Positions 13,326-28,267 of a stretch of DNA of 64,000 bases are shown here, in pieces. Both the position numbers and the translations under genes were made by a program. The notes beneath the pieces are model-generated. The model was not told the DNA's origin. It searched no databases and saw only the letters and a program-made list of their open reading frames with translations. The DNA comes from the human T2T-CHM13v2.0 reference genome, Homo sapiens, in NCBI RefSeq assembly GCF_009914755.1, contig NC_060935.1. One strand, written 5' to 3'. Each line of letters begins with the position of its first letter. Position 1 is the first letter of the stretch.

Positions 13326-15909
13326 GAGAACCTACAACTGCTGCACCCCTCCCTGTTCTTCAAGATGCCTTCTCTGGCCATCAGGGCAGCATGTGCAGAG
13401 GCCCGCTGGTTTGGAATAGTGTTTCTTTCCATGTGTGATGCAGCGTTCCCTCAAAGCCGAGGCGAGGTTTATGCACACTGCCCAATTGAAATGTGTCTCA
13501 TGTTCACTCGCTGCTGGATCAGCAGAACCTCGCGCAGGGCACTCCTTGGGCTCACGCTAGCTACTTTGCCTTTGTTTCTTCAGGCCTTGCGCTGCTTGGA
13601 TTGAATTGGATTCTGCCACGCTGATATTATTATCTCACGCCTTTAAAGCCAGAATTTGTAATAAACTACTAATGTTCTTGGAATAAAGGCACTTCAGAGC
13701 ATGCGTAGCTTGAAATAATTCTTCTAACACCTAGAAATTAGCCAATTTTACTTTTGAAGGAGATGAGAATAAACATTTAGTGGTCAGCCAGACGGAGAAT
13801 AAATGGCCAGCATTTGAGATTTTCCTGCTCCTGTTTATGGAGAGAGACTGGCATGTACCTAATTCCCAACTTGTTGATCTGTTGTACCCTATTTTAATTA
13901 TTTTGCCAGATGTAAACATTTTCCCTTTTTTGTGAACGGAGTGTTTACACCATCTATCACATTTAATGTATTCGGTGCCTGTGAGTGCCGACCTCTTCAA
14001 AATTTGTCGACTTCATCATCCGTGTGCTGTCCAGAAATGAGATCTTGATGCCCCCCAAATGAATTATGAAAAGCTTTTCATAGTAATATAATTGATCCAC
14101 TGTTGGCCACACTTATAAAAAAATCAATGTTAACGTGTTAATATTTCATGAGTACCCACGTTGCCAGCTCCTTGCAATGGGACCAAACTATAAAGAATGA
14201 GAATTGTTTCACAGTAGCCCAGCACATGGACAGAGTGCCAAGAAAGGGAGTTCAGGGTTGACTTGAAAGTTTGAAGCGCAACAGGGCCATTGAAACACAG
14301 TCCTCTGACTCATGTCAGATTGTTATAATTATTTAATGCCCACAATGCAGCTTTGTCCCCACGGATTTATACTGGAGAGGTTTCTTACCCACACATTGTG
14401 GTTATTAGCTGCAAAGAAAGCGGCGTTTGTTTATAATGACGTGGGGTATATCTGGATGGCAAAGAAAACACTGCAGATTCTGTCTTCTTAGGAAGGAGGC
14501 AGGAATTTGGCAGATAACCTATAGGAAATTGGGAGACATGCTGTCATTACTTTTCATATATGTGGGTGGTTGCAGCCAATAACCATTAGACACCTTTTAG
14601 TTTTCACCTTTGTCCCAAACTCTTGAGAGAATGGAATTGCATGCTTACTTTTCATCTATATGACGTTATACAGCTGGTATGCCCAGAGTGTATCTCAACT
14701 TAATCTTTTTAAATGTGTCTCCCAAAATCCCTTTCTCAAGGTTCTACATCCTGCCTCCATGAAATTTGGTGTCACCAACATTGTCTTACAGAACCACTGT
14801 TACTATTTTTATAAAGAGTTTATAAATATGTTTTGAAAAGTTCTCATGTGGCTAGATCTCATCAAGGGATTTTTTTTCAGACTTGAAAAATAAAGTTAAA
14901 GAAGTAAGGCTTTGGGGCCTCCCTGGGGACATGTCTGGTTTGGAGATCAGTGGTGGTGCTAATGGCCCCGAGTCCGGCATCCGGCTCCTTGGGAGAAGAA
15001 AGGTCATTAAGTCAGAGAGGACCAGTCAAGTCCAGCTCCTCCAAACTGCTTTTCTGTGTGTCTTCCTTGGATGTCCTCCCTTCTTCCCCTACATGGAACT
15101 CTCAGTTGCCTTTGCTGTCAGAGGAGGTTCAATATCAATGGGTTTCTCAAGCTTAGAGGGCAACAGGGAGACATTGAACCACAGTAGTGTGAAATTGTCC
15201 GCAGGTACTTACAAGCTGGGGTGTGCAGATGCAATTTATAATTGCACCGGAAATAGTTGTAACCTTTATCATGCTTAGTGGTGGAAATAAGAAAATCTAT
15301 GTGAGTCAGCTTAGTACTAACTTGGGACCAATATGAAGCAACTGAATCCTCTTAGGTTTTGCAAGAGAGCTACAAATAGAAAGCAGACACAAAACATAGG
15401 CTAGAGTAACAGTAAATGTATCTGGAGCCTCAAATTAGGACTCATATATTCAATTCCTTATTTTTTGTTTTCTGGTTCAACAGGAAGTCTGGGAGATCTA
15501 TAGGAATTTGAATTACCTTTAATGGTTTATGGGGACCAGAGAACCTAAACTTTAGAATTGGGATTGTCCTGGAAAATCTGGAACACATATTGACCCAGAT
15601 CCAGACAGTGGGTTATGGAATATGATGCAGATGATGAGCCAATTAAGAGAAAGGTTTGCATTTAAGCATCTTCCTCTTGTACTGGTGACTGAGTGACTCC
15701 AAGGTGGCACCATTATCACCGGTGCTTGTGCAGAGGTGATTTTTTTTTTTTTTTACACTTTGCTGTCTGAAATGCTTTAAATGATTCTTTTAATTAAAAA
15801 AATTAGTTACCTATATAAATATTCACTTGGTAACCCCTTCATTTAAACAGTACATTTATGCCTTATGCACTTGTATGTGTGTGTGTGTTGTGTTTCACGG
15901 TAACAAAGT

Positions 15910-16209
15910 TTTTTGTTTTTTGTTTTGAGATGGAGTCTCGCTCTGTCACCCAGGCTGGAGTGTAGTGGCGCGATCTCGGCTCACTGCAAGCTCCGTCTCC
16001 AGGTTCACGCCATTCTCCTGCCTCAGCCTCCCAAGTAGCTGGGACTACAGGCGCCCGCCACCAAGCCCGGCTAATTTTTTTTTGTATTTTTAGTAGAGAC
16101 GGGGTTTCACCATGTTAGCCAGGATGGTCTTGATCTCCTGACCTTTTGATCCGCCCGCCTCGGTCTCCCAAAGTGCTGGGATTACAGGCGTGAACCACCA
16201 AGCCCGGCC
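15910..16209 (-). mobile_element. AluY with TSD
   Basis: AluY diagnostics (gcaagctccg, gttcacgccattct, ttagccaggatggtct); TSD ggtaacaaagt at 15899-15909 and 16210-16220. Confidence 0.95.
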
Positions 16210-18266
16210 GGTAACAAAGTCTTAAAAGCGGTCTTATTCTGTAATACGTTGGCCAGTTTTAAACCATTTGCAGTAATGCATTTAAAAGATGTTATTTCAT
16301 AGATAACAAAATAGCTTCTTGATTTTCATGATAAACATAGACTTGGAGCCTTTTTCTTTTTCCCCGATTGTGAGTCAGCTCTTGGAGGGCATGGACAGTT
16401 TCTCACACCTCCTGGGATTAGAGGTGGAGAAACAGAATGGGCTGGGTGGGCAGAGACTGGGTGGTTGGAGCTCAGGGCCTGGGGCAGGGAGTTGTGGGGA
16501 GGGAGGGTGGGAAGGTGAAGGGGAGGTGGTGGCAGGTCATGGGGGTCCACTGTGTGCCATACTGTGGAATATAAACCTCTCCATCAGTGCAGAGCCACAC
16601 AGCAAAGGTTTTAAGTGGATAAGTATGTATGGGGAGTGGGACGTGATCTGGTTTGAATAATGTATACTCAGGACTCTTGCCATACAGTAATTTTTTTCAA
16701 CCCGCTAGACACTGTTGCTGTGGGGAAGTGGAGAGTGGTTTCATCCATATGGCAGCATCATGGCTGTGTAGCCCTAAAGCCATAGGCACCTCCCACCCCA
16801 CCCACCCACAGTGGCATCCACAGTTTTAGTCTCTAATAGCACTTTGTCTCCTGAGAAGAAAAGCAAAGTTGTTTTTCCTTTCTTCTTCTCTCATCCCCAA
16901 AGCATTCTCCTTCTCACCCAAACCATGATCTCAGATCTTAGGAGTTACAGGTCAGACATGTCACGGAGCCTGTTTGAGATCAGTTGTCTACGTTGGTGAT
17001 GAAATTATAACACCCTAAAAGAAGACTTTGGAGTAGGAACTTGCCAGGGTCATCAGACATGGTTGGGTTGAGAGAGGAAATGCGATTATACAAAAAACGT
17101 AGAATACAAAGTAGTGCTTATTCTGTGATCATGGCTACTGTTTCAGGGGACAGGACTAGAAGGGAACCCGGACAAAGAAAAACCCTTGGCCTGTGCAGGC
17201 TGTGGGGTTGTGAGTGCTGTTTCCCCAAATTAAAATATCTTTATTATTGTCATGATTTTGTTGTGCCATTGAGGTACATTAACTTAAATAAATCAAAGCG
17301 AACAATTTTAAGATGACGAGTAAGTCTGGAGAAAAACCTAGGACCCCAGAAAGAAGGCATATTGTACATCCCAGTCTGCTGTAACTTCCGGAGCTGCTGC
17401 TGATGACAAAGGGCTTTAAGGCAAGGGAAGTGTTTGCAGCACTTTGGGGGCTGTATGCCTGTCTGCATGCTTGTTTAGTTTTTGCCATGGCCTGTTCACC
17501 AGCCTGTCTGCCCTGAAACTGGGAAAGGTGGATCCAGCTGCTGTCCAGGCCTTCAAGAAGCAGAGCCCCATTCAATTGTCCACTTCTCTGTTGCTGCCCA
17601 GAGCCAGATCCTGTGTGGGATACTTGGCTTTTCAAGGGCCTGTGTATGGTGTGTTGTTGAGTAGAAATGTCTGAGATGCTCCTTTAGTAGCACCTGATTC
17701 TTTTGGATCAGTGATTTGCCATTTCTTATATGAAAACGAGAAGTTCAGAGTTTTGAATTCTGGCCCCAGTTCCATCACTTTCTTGCCCTGTGACCCTGTT
17801 CTCCTCCCAAAACCTTTCTGAGTCTTCATCATTAATAATGTTTAATTGGATCACATGAAATGATACAGGTGAAAGCATTTAGAAATGGAAAGCACTGTGG
17901 GGGAATATTTTTGTTCATAATTGTATCATAATGTGGACATGGAGAGTTAACCTTTGTCAGCGCTTAGTTTCTCAGCCTTTTTATCTATTAAATGGGAGTA
18001 CAAATGATACCTTCATTGGGGGTTCCCTGAGCATGCAGTCGGAAACTATGACCTCTTCTGGAGGACCATGACTTTTATTTTTTGACTCTATAGTGTAGGA
18101 ACATCTTAATTAAAGATTATGGAAAAAAATGAAAAATGGGTTTATAAAAAAATGCCCAGATCCAATTTCATGTATTTGTAAACTATTGATCAACAACCTG
18201 TGTGGAACCTATGGCCGGATATGAATTATCCAGTATTAGCATTGATATGAATGCTTTTATCAATAG

Positions 18267-18720
<454 letters not shown>

Positions 18721-19734
18721 GCAGTTGTGCTGCAACTGTAGAGAAACTAGAGGTCTAATTTCTCAAATACTGGTCCTCTGTGAATTGAAATATAGATCAT
18801 CCCTCACAGATATAGATTCGGTGACTGAAATAATTATTTTGAAGGAACCATTGCATACGTGACATACTTACTGTCAGATAAAGTCTTTGGAGGGAGATGG
18901 GATAGTGTGTGGTGTCCACCCTGTCACTTCTGCCAGGGCGAGGGCTCACATAATTTATTCTAAGCTTCCCATCCTCAGCTTCTGCGCAGGAGTACAATGG
19001 AAGATGGGGGGTGGAGGCCTTGCCTGTGGAGCCTTGACTGGGAGAAGGACAAAGAAGGCATGTAGCTGGAGAGGTCCAGTGCTTTTTCCAGGGCTGGAGG
19101 CTGGGAGGTGTCCTCATGCACTCCTATAAGCTAAGCAGAAGCCAGAGAGCTTTCCCTAGTCATGCAGCTCACAGGATAGTGTGCAGTAGAGCTCTGCTAA
19201 AGGACCTTCAGTTTTAAGAGCGCCTTCACTCCGTAGTATCACAGATAAAATTAGCATCCATATTAGTAAGCCCAACCCAGAGAACCATGCAATTATCTCA
19301 TGATTTTATTTAATGACTGTGCTCTTTTCACAGCTTATCAGGGTAATCTTTGGAGCATGTCCTGATTACATGTTGTACAGACCATAAAATAAGTGAACTT
19401 AAAAAGCAATTCAAAGCTAGCTCTAATTTAATTTATAATTTTTACATCTCAAGACAACATTTTTAGTAGATAATTGTCCAGTATTTGGTTTTGTTTTTTT
19501 GTTTTTTACATATGTCAATTTTTACTTGTCTTGCAGTTTCCATTCCCCCAGCACATCTCATCTTTGCTCATAGCAGCGAAGAAGAGAGAGCATCTGTCCT
19601 GGTTCTCCTTCACCTTGCTAATCAGGCTATCCCCCTCAGCTCTTCAGGGAATGTATAATGACAAATTAGACCTTGTAGGACTTGTGCATGGAGCTTCAGG
19701 GTCTTTTCTAAATGGCAAACCAAAGTGGCCAACA

Positions 19735-19895
19735 CTTGCTAGCTGTGTGATCTTGAGTAAGTTACTTGACTTCTGAGCTCTGATTTCTTGCCTTTAAAAT
19801 GTTCCCACTTCATAGGTAGTGGTTGATTCACAAGGTTGCCATGAATCAACAACGTACCTCAGTGAGGTACCTACCTGTGAGAAGTGCCTAGTCCC
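19735..19895 (+). mobile_element. MIR
   Basis: ctagctgtgtgatcttgagtaagttacttgacttctgagc. Confidence 0.8.
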
Positions 19896-21619
19896 TGAAG
19901 GCGTTTGGAAGTCATTTCCCAGGGCAGGTCAGATACTGAGGCTTCCCAGGCTGCTGTACAGGTGGGCATGCTGGGGACCTTCTCAGACACCCTGGCCTCT
20001 TTTTCTTTCCATCTGGCACAAGAGATGCTTTTTCTAGTTGGGACATGCAGGAGGAAAGAGAGAGCAGGTGCTTCCTTGATGTGAATAATTTATTTTTCCT
20101 TCAGATCATTCTGATAATGCACCAACCTTTGGATGGGAAAAGGTGCAAAGCTGGGATATGCACTAGTGTTACATCACTGGAGTTATGTTGGGGATATGTC
20201 CAGTGTCAGATTTTTTTGTCCAAAATCCCATTAGCAGAGGAAAGGAAGAAGATACATTTCCTTGGCAACTATTATGTCCCAGGCACAGAGATTACAGAGG
20301 CAGGAGTGACAGTTGTTGAGGGATACAGTGGGTATGAGAGGGAGGGATGTAAACTGAAGAGTTCCCATCATAAAATGTGGTAGAATGTTCACAAAGGCTC
20401 ACCTACCCTACCCCAGGGAGACATTTATTCTAATTTTGGGGGAGACTAAGTGATTGGGGCTATTCACTTCTCCGAGACACCAGAAAATGAGAACGTCTGT
20501 AAAATTAAGAATATGAACTCTAGTTCTGTCTGCATTTCCAACTTCTTCATTGTTTCCTTTCTCACAAGATTTTAAATCCCTTGAGGAAGTCATTTTTCAA
20601 ACAGTATTTTCTGTGAAATCCCCAATTGTAATGTCTACTTTATTTACTCCTCCACTCATCCTTCCTTATCAGGTTTATTGCATAGTATAATGGAATATAT
20701 GAAATTAAAAATAACTACACTGGACACTGGGCTCTGCATACAGTAAATATTCAGCCGTTGTCTGCAGACTTGCCTAAGTGTGTACGCAGTAGTTATTCTA
20801 GGCAGGTGCTGTGCTCCAGGCTGGAAGTTGTGTATAGGATAGAGAGAGAGGGTGCCTCAGAGCTGGCAGTTTCCTCCAGCAGTCAAATTCTGAACACCCA
20901 GCTATGCCTCTTGCTGGGGAATCTAAACTTTCACCTTTCAGAGAAAACAAGGTCTTTGGAACCAGTGTGTTCTTTCAAACAATGTTGGATACTGCCCGAT
21001 TGTTTCCATCCGGGAACCAAGTTTTCAAAAAGAAGTCCGGCTGCTTTGTTAAGATAAGAGACTGTTGTGTGAAAATTGCTGAGTGAGAGCTCCCACTGGA
21101 GGCTCCTTGTCTTCCAGGCCATTACCAGTTTACTCCTAGCTGGGTGATGGGGGTGAGGGTTGGGGCCAGATTGCTAGAGCCCCATTCCTGCCAGTTCCTC
21201 CCAGTCCTGAACTCTGGGGTGAGTAGAAGGTAGAGAGGGTTGATGGGGCCGGGCTCCTGGCCTGGCAGAACCGTGCTGACCTGGAGCCTGTTCGGAAGCT
21301 GGCAGTGATTGCAGTCTCTCCCGGACTGTTGCTGCCCTTGTTTGCCCTCCCTTCTGTTTCCTTCTCTCTACTTCGAGCATTCATTACATGAGATGGTGCT
21401 GTTTTTTCATATATTTGTTATGAGTAATTTTATCTTTCATCTATTAGATGACATTTTTGATTCTGTTCTTAATTTAAAACACACACTCATTTTTTAAAGT
21501 TTCTAAGTACGTTTTTTATTTGTATGTGATCATGGTTCATCAGTATAAGAAAATATTTAGCCAGTTCTGTTTCGTAAAGTCTTCAAGAAAGATAATAGCT
21601 TGGGTGGACTGCTTCTTCA

Positions 21620-22610
21620 TGCACTTTATTAATGTGGCTTCCTGTTAAGATCTGAAGCCAGGCAGAGATGTCCACTTTTGCTACTTATATTTAAAATTGT
21701 ACTGCAGGTTCAGAAATCAAAGGCATCCGGATTGGGAAGAAAGAAAGAAAACTCTCTTTATTTTCAGATGAATTGAGCCTGTACTAGAAAACCTAAAGGA
21801 ACACATGCCCAATCCCGATTCCCCCAAAGTACGAACCGACTAATGAGTTCAGCAACCTTACAGGATAAAAGATTAGTATACAAAAATCAATTGTATTTTT
21901 ACATACTAGCACCAAGCAATCTGAAACCCACATTATGAACACAATTCTGAGGAATAAATTTAATAAAATCAGTGCAAGACTAGTTTATTGCTAAATGAGA
22001 GTTATCCCATGTTCATGGATTGGAAGACTCAATATTGTTAAATCTTCCTAAAATGATTTGTAGATTCAGTGCAATCCTTATACAATTTTAGTATGCATCT
22101 TTTTAAAAAAAATTGTCAAGCTGTTTCTAACAGTATAGAAATGTAGATGACCTAGAATAAACAAAACAATTCGGAAAGGGAAGAAAAAAAGATTAGGGGT
22201 CTTATATTTCTTAGTTTCAAAACTTACTACAAAGCTATACTATTCAAATCAGTGTGTTACTGGTGTAAGGATAGACAGTGGTGTAAGCATAGATAATGGT
22301 ACAGAATTGAGAGTCTAGAAATAAACCATTACATTATTGTCAATTGATTTCTCTACAGAGGTACCAAAGCAATTCAAAAGCAATTCAATTCAATAGTCTT
22401 TTCAATGAATAGTGCTAGGACAATTGGATATCCACATGCAAAAAAGGTAAATTTAAATTCTTACCGCACACGGTACATAGAATTTAACTCAAAATGGATC
22501 CTAGGCTAAAGTGTAGAAGGTTAAGCTAAATCTTTTAGCACAACATAATAAAAAGTCTTCATGACCTTGAGTTAGGCAAAGAGTTCTTAGATATTAAACT
22601 GGAAGCACAG
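21620..22610 (+). mobile_element. Old L1 (L1M) ORF2 fragment, degraded
   Basis: aaaggcatccggattgggaagaaagaa...ttattttcagatg (FADD-like RT region); catgttcatggattggaagactcaatattgttaa; aaacttactacaaagcta. Confidence 0.9.
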
Positions 22611-23019
22611 CATGTCAAATTACTTTTCGAGAAGGTTTGCTAGCTCATTCAGTGGGTGAAAATGGGTGAAAAGTGAGCACATTATTTAACTATATTCTCT
22701 TGTTCCTAGTTAGGTTGAACATATTTTTACTTACCACTCAAAAATATTACCACTTTCTGGGCTCTTGTAGGTCTCTGTCACATCTTCGAACTCACCAAAC
22801 CTTTCAGGAGAAAATAGTTCCTTGGAGAAGTACATAAAGTTGTGGGACTTTGTACCTTGGATTACACTTTCCCTGTCAACTCTGGGTCCTCCATAGTGGG
22901 GAATCCATAGTGGTTTTTGTCCTGCAAATAAAACAGTGTGACTAAGTAATTTTCCAGAAATGAACAGCAGAGTGGGAAATAGACATAAGTGAGAGTAATA
23001 TAACAATCACGGTGTGATA

Positions 23020-23250
23020 AATTAGCATGGGATTTGAAATCAACCTGTTTGGGTTCAAATCATGGTTCACCTCTTACCGGTTTTGCAAACCTTGGGTCAG
23101 TTACTTAACTCCATCAAATCCTTCACTTCATCTGCAAAATAGAGATAAGAAAATTCCTTTTCTCTTAGTGTTGCTTTGAGCATCAAATGAAAAAATGTGT
23201 GTAAATGTTTAGTGCTTTGTACCTAGCATATAGGAACCCATTATTAAGTA
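23020..23250 (+). mobile_element. MIR
   Basis: gggttcaaatc...ccttgggtcagttacttaac...catctgcaaaat. Confidence 0.8.
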
Positions 23251-23879
23251 ATATTACAGTTTGGATTTCAGACCTGTGAGCTTAGGGCTCAGACTCTAGA
23301 GGTTCCTGAACTAGGTTTTCCTAGGCATTGCATGTAGAGTCTTATCTTAAAAAAGTTTTAATTGAAAGATTGGCAGCAAATTCTTCTTGTCACTTCAGAC
23401 ATGATTTCCTTTGGGGCTCTTGTACTCCCATGGTTTGAATTCATAGAGTAACTCAAGGGCAATAGGGAATTCCTCTCAACTCTCTGTCTCCAAGAATACC
23501 TCTGGGTGCTGGAGAGATGCCACTTATCAATTCTGTTGTTATTGTTTTTAGGGCTGTAAGCCTTCTGGATAGAACTCAGTGGATTTTCCTGAGTAGTGAA
23601 GAATTAAGTGAGATGAGGGAAAAGCATTGAGAGTAATTATCAGCAGTGGACTATGCCTGAGTTTTTGTTAGCCCTGAACTTACATATACTGACTTTACTA
23701 GTCCATGAGTTCTTCATAGTCAGGAACTGTACCTTTTAATTCTCTGCATCTCCTAGGGGCTTTCTCAGTGCTAAGCAAATAGTAAATATTCATGAGATAC
23801 TGGGATTGTGCCCAGCATTTTCTGAGTTTTCAAATAGATGAAGTTATAGAATCATATTCATATCAAAGGAAGTTCCTGT

Positions 23880-24065
23880 GTATAATCTCATTTCATTCTG
23901 TCAACAACCCTAGGCTTGGGGTGGGTGTGTTGGTGTGGATGAGAACACTTAGTATCCCTATTTTACAAGTAGGAAAAGTAAGACCCAGATAAGTTAATGA
24001 CCTGCTAAAAATGATACAGCTCTTGAGAGACAGCAGACATTTGAATCCCATCTACTGATTCTAGG
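23880..24065 (-). mobile_element. MIR
   Basis: tatccctattttacaagtaggaaaagtaagacccagataagttaatgacctg. Confidence 0.75.
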
Positions 24066-26299
24066 TCCTATGGTCATTCCTTTGCTTTATGTTGCCTGTT
24101 TTGCACACTGTCAAACGCATCAGACACTTCCAGTGGTTTTTCAGTGGGTTTTTGTCCTAGTGACAGTCCACACATCCTGCTCTCCTATTATCACATTTGC
24201 AGGAGGAAGTGAGACATCTTTTGACACTGGTGATATGGGAGAAGGAGAAAAATCCTAGAATCAAAGATACTTACTCCTTGCTTCCCTCTACTCATACTCT
24301 CTGGAAAGAAACGTTTAGGGACTTCTTGTGTTGTGCCTGTTGTGCCAGGACAGCTCAAATGGATGCTTTTGTCACAGCCCCTCCACCTTTAGCAGAAGTT
24401 GTTGTATTCCTAGCCAATGCAAAAATAAACAAGTGAGGGAAAATGACATTTCCTGGTAATGGAAAGTAGCAGTTGGTGAGACTTTAGACAAGAAGCGGGT
24501 GTTCCAGCCAATGAGCAGTGACCACAGTGGAGCTAGTTGTCGGTTTACTTGGCTGAAGAATATGTTTGCCTGCATCCTGATTGTCAATAAAGACGTTTAA
24601 AAACCCCAGCTTGACTCTGGCGGGCTGAGGGTGCTGCCGTGCCACTGCTGCAGGATGGAGCTCTCTTCCTGGTGGAGACTTGATTCACAAGGACGCTAAT
24701 TATTCATTCTTCCTCCGTGCAGCCCGCTGAAACAATTGCTGTGCTTGTTCGGTGCACAGTGTGGCGTCGGACAGTCAGGCCTTTTTATGTAACTGATGGC
24801 GCTGTATGTTCATATTGTTCTTTATGTACTTATTTTATAGCTTATGCAGCAGACATTCGAGTCAATTAGCTTCTTGTCTTGCAAACTGGGCACTGCTGTT
24901 CTAGAACCAAGTTAGAAGGGTGTGTTGAGGGCGACCCGGGCAGACCTCTCTCCTTTCTTTTTGTGCTGTGTGGGTTGGTTTCAAGTTACAGCATTTTTAT
25001 TGGCTCTTGTTTGCTGAACCTTGGTTTCAAAAGCTGATGTTTGAGTTGAATTTCTTAAAGATACAGCTTTTGTTTTCACAAAACTGAAGTCAGGCAATAT
25101 GCATAGCCCTTGGGAGTGTGGGTTTTTTTTTTTTTTAACTGAGTGATTTTTTTTTTTTTTTTAAATGGTACCTATTAACCAAAAAATCTAAGCGAATGGT
25201 TTCCTAACTCACTTTTCCTTAACTGGCGTCAGCATGGAGTCCTTGTTTCTTATTGATTTGCATTTTTTTTTTTTTTCTGTATAGCCTTACTCCTGACTCT
25301 TTTGTCCTGAATTTTTTTTTTTTTTACCCCGTATTTCTTGAAACCTGCCTGTTTTGGGGACAAGTTGGAGTTTAAATAAATTAGTTAAATTCTGTTGTGT
25401 ATATTTCTGCAGATGATAATGTTTATGAAGCATAGATTCACTGTTTTGTGAGGATTTTTAAATATCGGAAAGAAAATTTCCTGCTTCCTCTTTCCATCTC
25501 CTTTTCTGTGGTTTTAGCCCCCTCGCCCTTAAGAGCCATCGGTTTGTTATTGCTGATTGAGGTAGTGGTGGTGGAAGCAGAGGCTCTGATCCAGAGAAAC
25601 TCCCCAAGACGGAAGTGCAGCAGGCAGGATTTTTATCCAGCGGATTTTGACCCAGTAGACCCTAAAGAAGCTGCATGACAGAGACTCATATTTACCATAC
25701 CATTGAATTCTCAGAGCTTTCCGTGGTGGCTGGCCCAAGGCAGTTGTTCAAAACATACGCGAGAGAATGAATGAACAAATGACCTTGCCTACCAAACGTC
25801 TCCCTCCCTCTGTGTAAGCATCCCTTAAACTCTCCCAACCCAGGTGGCCTTGACATATCCCATGCTCACCCAGGACCCTGAAGTATGCCTCGGAGCAACT
25901 GGTTTCTCCTGACCAGTTAGTGTCAACTGAGACTAATGCAGAAAACATTGCTTACCCTAATGTTTGCCTTTAGAAGTAAAATCCAAACTGAAGGAAAGGA
26001 CCTTGAATTTGTTTTTTATTCTTGCTGACTTGGAACATTGATAATGCTCATACTGATCCTCTGGCTAAACATTTTTCTTCCTTTATCCATGTATTTATTG
26101 AGCTCTCCACTGTTAGCATGAAAGGTGGAGAAGCAGGAATACATGGTGTGTGCTTCTGCTAGCCTTTTACTGTCCAGTTGTAGAGAGTAGGCCCAGTGAA
26201 CTCAGTCAGGTGTTTATAAGATTGAGCAATTGAGCAGTTGCTGTATCCTGAAGACTGTATCTGGTGCTTTACTCTTGTATAATTCTTGAGACAGGAATA

Positions 26300-26640
26300 C
26301 CTGGGTGTTGGCATCAAGGGGCTGTTGAGGCCATCTTTATTTCTCCATAACACCCAGCACAAGACATTTACATGTATGGGTTGGGTAGGGTAGGAGTTCA
26401 TAGCTGTCCATAGAGCAGGGCAGGGACATTTCTGAGAAGGTCAGAGAGGTTTGATGAGGTGATTTTCCTGAGCTGGGCCTTGGGAGTGGAGAGATAGAGG
26501 GAGAACAGGTGCATGGACACAGAGGCCAGAAGGGCATCAGACAAAGGACCCCTGGGGCTGTGGGAAAGCCCCCGAGCCATTGGGAAATAGAGGAGCTTAG
26601 CCTTGCTAAGAGGAGAGAATTCAGAGAGCCATGAGGTGAT
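26300..26640 (-). mobile_element. L2 fragment
   Basis: Purine-rich L2-like run: gaaggtcagagagg...gaggtgatttt...gagctgggccttg. Confidence 0.55.
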
Positions 26641-27136
26641 TGAGGTTTCAAAGACCAAATAAACAAAGGAAGACAGCATCTTGGGGAGTGGGCAAGACCA
26701 TGCCTCACCTGGCAGGTGAGGTCAGAGGATACCTGACCTACGAAGATCCACAAAGGCTGGCAGTGGGGGGCATCCCAGTGGACAGTGTTGTGATGAGCAA
26801 GGGGCCCAGAAGTAGGAAGACTTAAGGAGTCCTAGGCCTTAAGGAAGACTCAACCCAAACCTGGCTACCTCTTTAGGCAGCTTGAGTCTTGGCCTCTCCT
26901 ACCAGCTCCTGAAGGGTAGCTTCATGTTACATCTGGCTGCAGAGACCCTCCTTTTTAGAAGCAGGCAGGGAGTGGTGCCCAGGCTCTCAGGACCTCCTCT
27001 TGTCTGGGAGACTGCAGCCTCCCCACACGACACAGCCCAGCCCCTTTGTTCTTGAGTGCCTGCTGCTCACGTGGTCTTAATAAACAAAATCTAGAACGTG
27101 CTCATCCTTTAAAAAAATCTGTTAGCCTGGTTAACG

Positions 27137-27265
27137 TGTATATAATATGTATAAATATATGTATATACACTAATTATATATAAATTATATTTTGTGTCAG
27201 TTATATTTGCAATCACACACACACACATGCACGCACACGCACATGCACATGCACATGCACATTCA
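27137..27265. repeat. (TA)-rich tract followed by (CA)/(CATGCA) alternating tract
   Basis: Seen directly. Confidence 0.85.
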
Positions 27266-28054
27266 CATTGTAATTCCTATTTAAAGGGAAAAACGAGCCA
27301 GTTTTTTAAAGGGAAAAAACAAGCAAAAGGTGTAGGGAGAGGGAGACACCCATCTCTGCCCCCATCCGCTGATTCTCTTCCCTTTTCTATCCTCCCTCTG
27401 GCTGGGTTTACGGACAGGCCCTTCTTCCTCCTGCCCTTCATCTGCCGCAGGACCTCAGTGCTGGTGATGGTGAGCCCATGACCCTCCTTCTCTCTTGTTC
27501 TCTGCTCTTGTGGAGGCTAGTTCCAGCCGTTCAGTTCCACTGAAGCAACTGCTTTGGCAGACGAAGCTCTCTCTGCCTGAAATTTCTTACTTTCTTCCTT
27601 CTTTGGTTCCCATTTCACCACTCCATGGTTCCTCCTCCAGGAAGCCTTCCTTGTCTGGTTTTCTTCCTTCTAACTCTCCCCAGCCCTGTCTAAATCTTAC
27701 CCTTCTTCAGAGCCCATCTCAAATTTTGTTTCTTCCATGAATTCTTTCCTATAGAGCTTGTCCTTCTCCTGCCCCCTCTGCCAGCTGAGGGCTTTCTTCT
27801 TTCCCTGAATTCCCCCAGTGCCCTGAGCTGATCTTAGATCTGCCTTGTTTGCCATTAATTGAGGAGTACATATTCCCCCCAAACTCCTTGAGGGCAGATG
27901 CTCTGCCTTATTGTCTTTGTGTCTTAAAAATCTTGCTCTTGTATAGTCAAGAAATTATTGTTTGAAATGGTTTTTAAAAATAGGGTTCTAGAGGTGTTTT
28001 TGTTGTTGTTGTTGTGTTTTTTGTTTGTTTGTTTTACCAAAGGAAAATATTCCA

Positions 28055-28267
28055 CCTGGCTGATATAGTGAGACCTTATCTCTACAAACAATTTTAAAAA
28101 TTAGCCAAGTGTGGTGACGTGTGCCTGTAGTCCCAGCTACTCAGGAGGCTGAGGTGGGAGGATTACTTGAGCCTGGGTGGCAGAGGTTGCAACAAGCCGA
28201 GATCATCATGCTGCTGTACTCTAGCCTGGTGACAGAGTGAGACGCTGTCTCAAAAAAAAAAAAAAAA
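28055..28267 (+). mobile_element. 5'-truncated AluJ
   Basis: cctggctgatatagtgagacc...gaggctgaggtgggaggattacttgagcc, poly-A tail. Confidence 0.9.

Noticed and set aside
15555-15600. Possible hAT-Blackjack terminal fragment
   Set aside because: Too short and diverged to call by eye.
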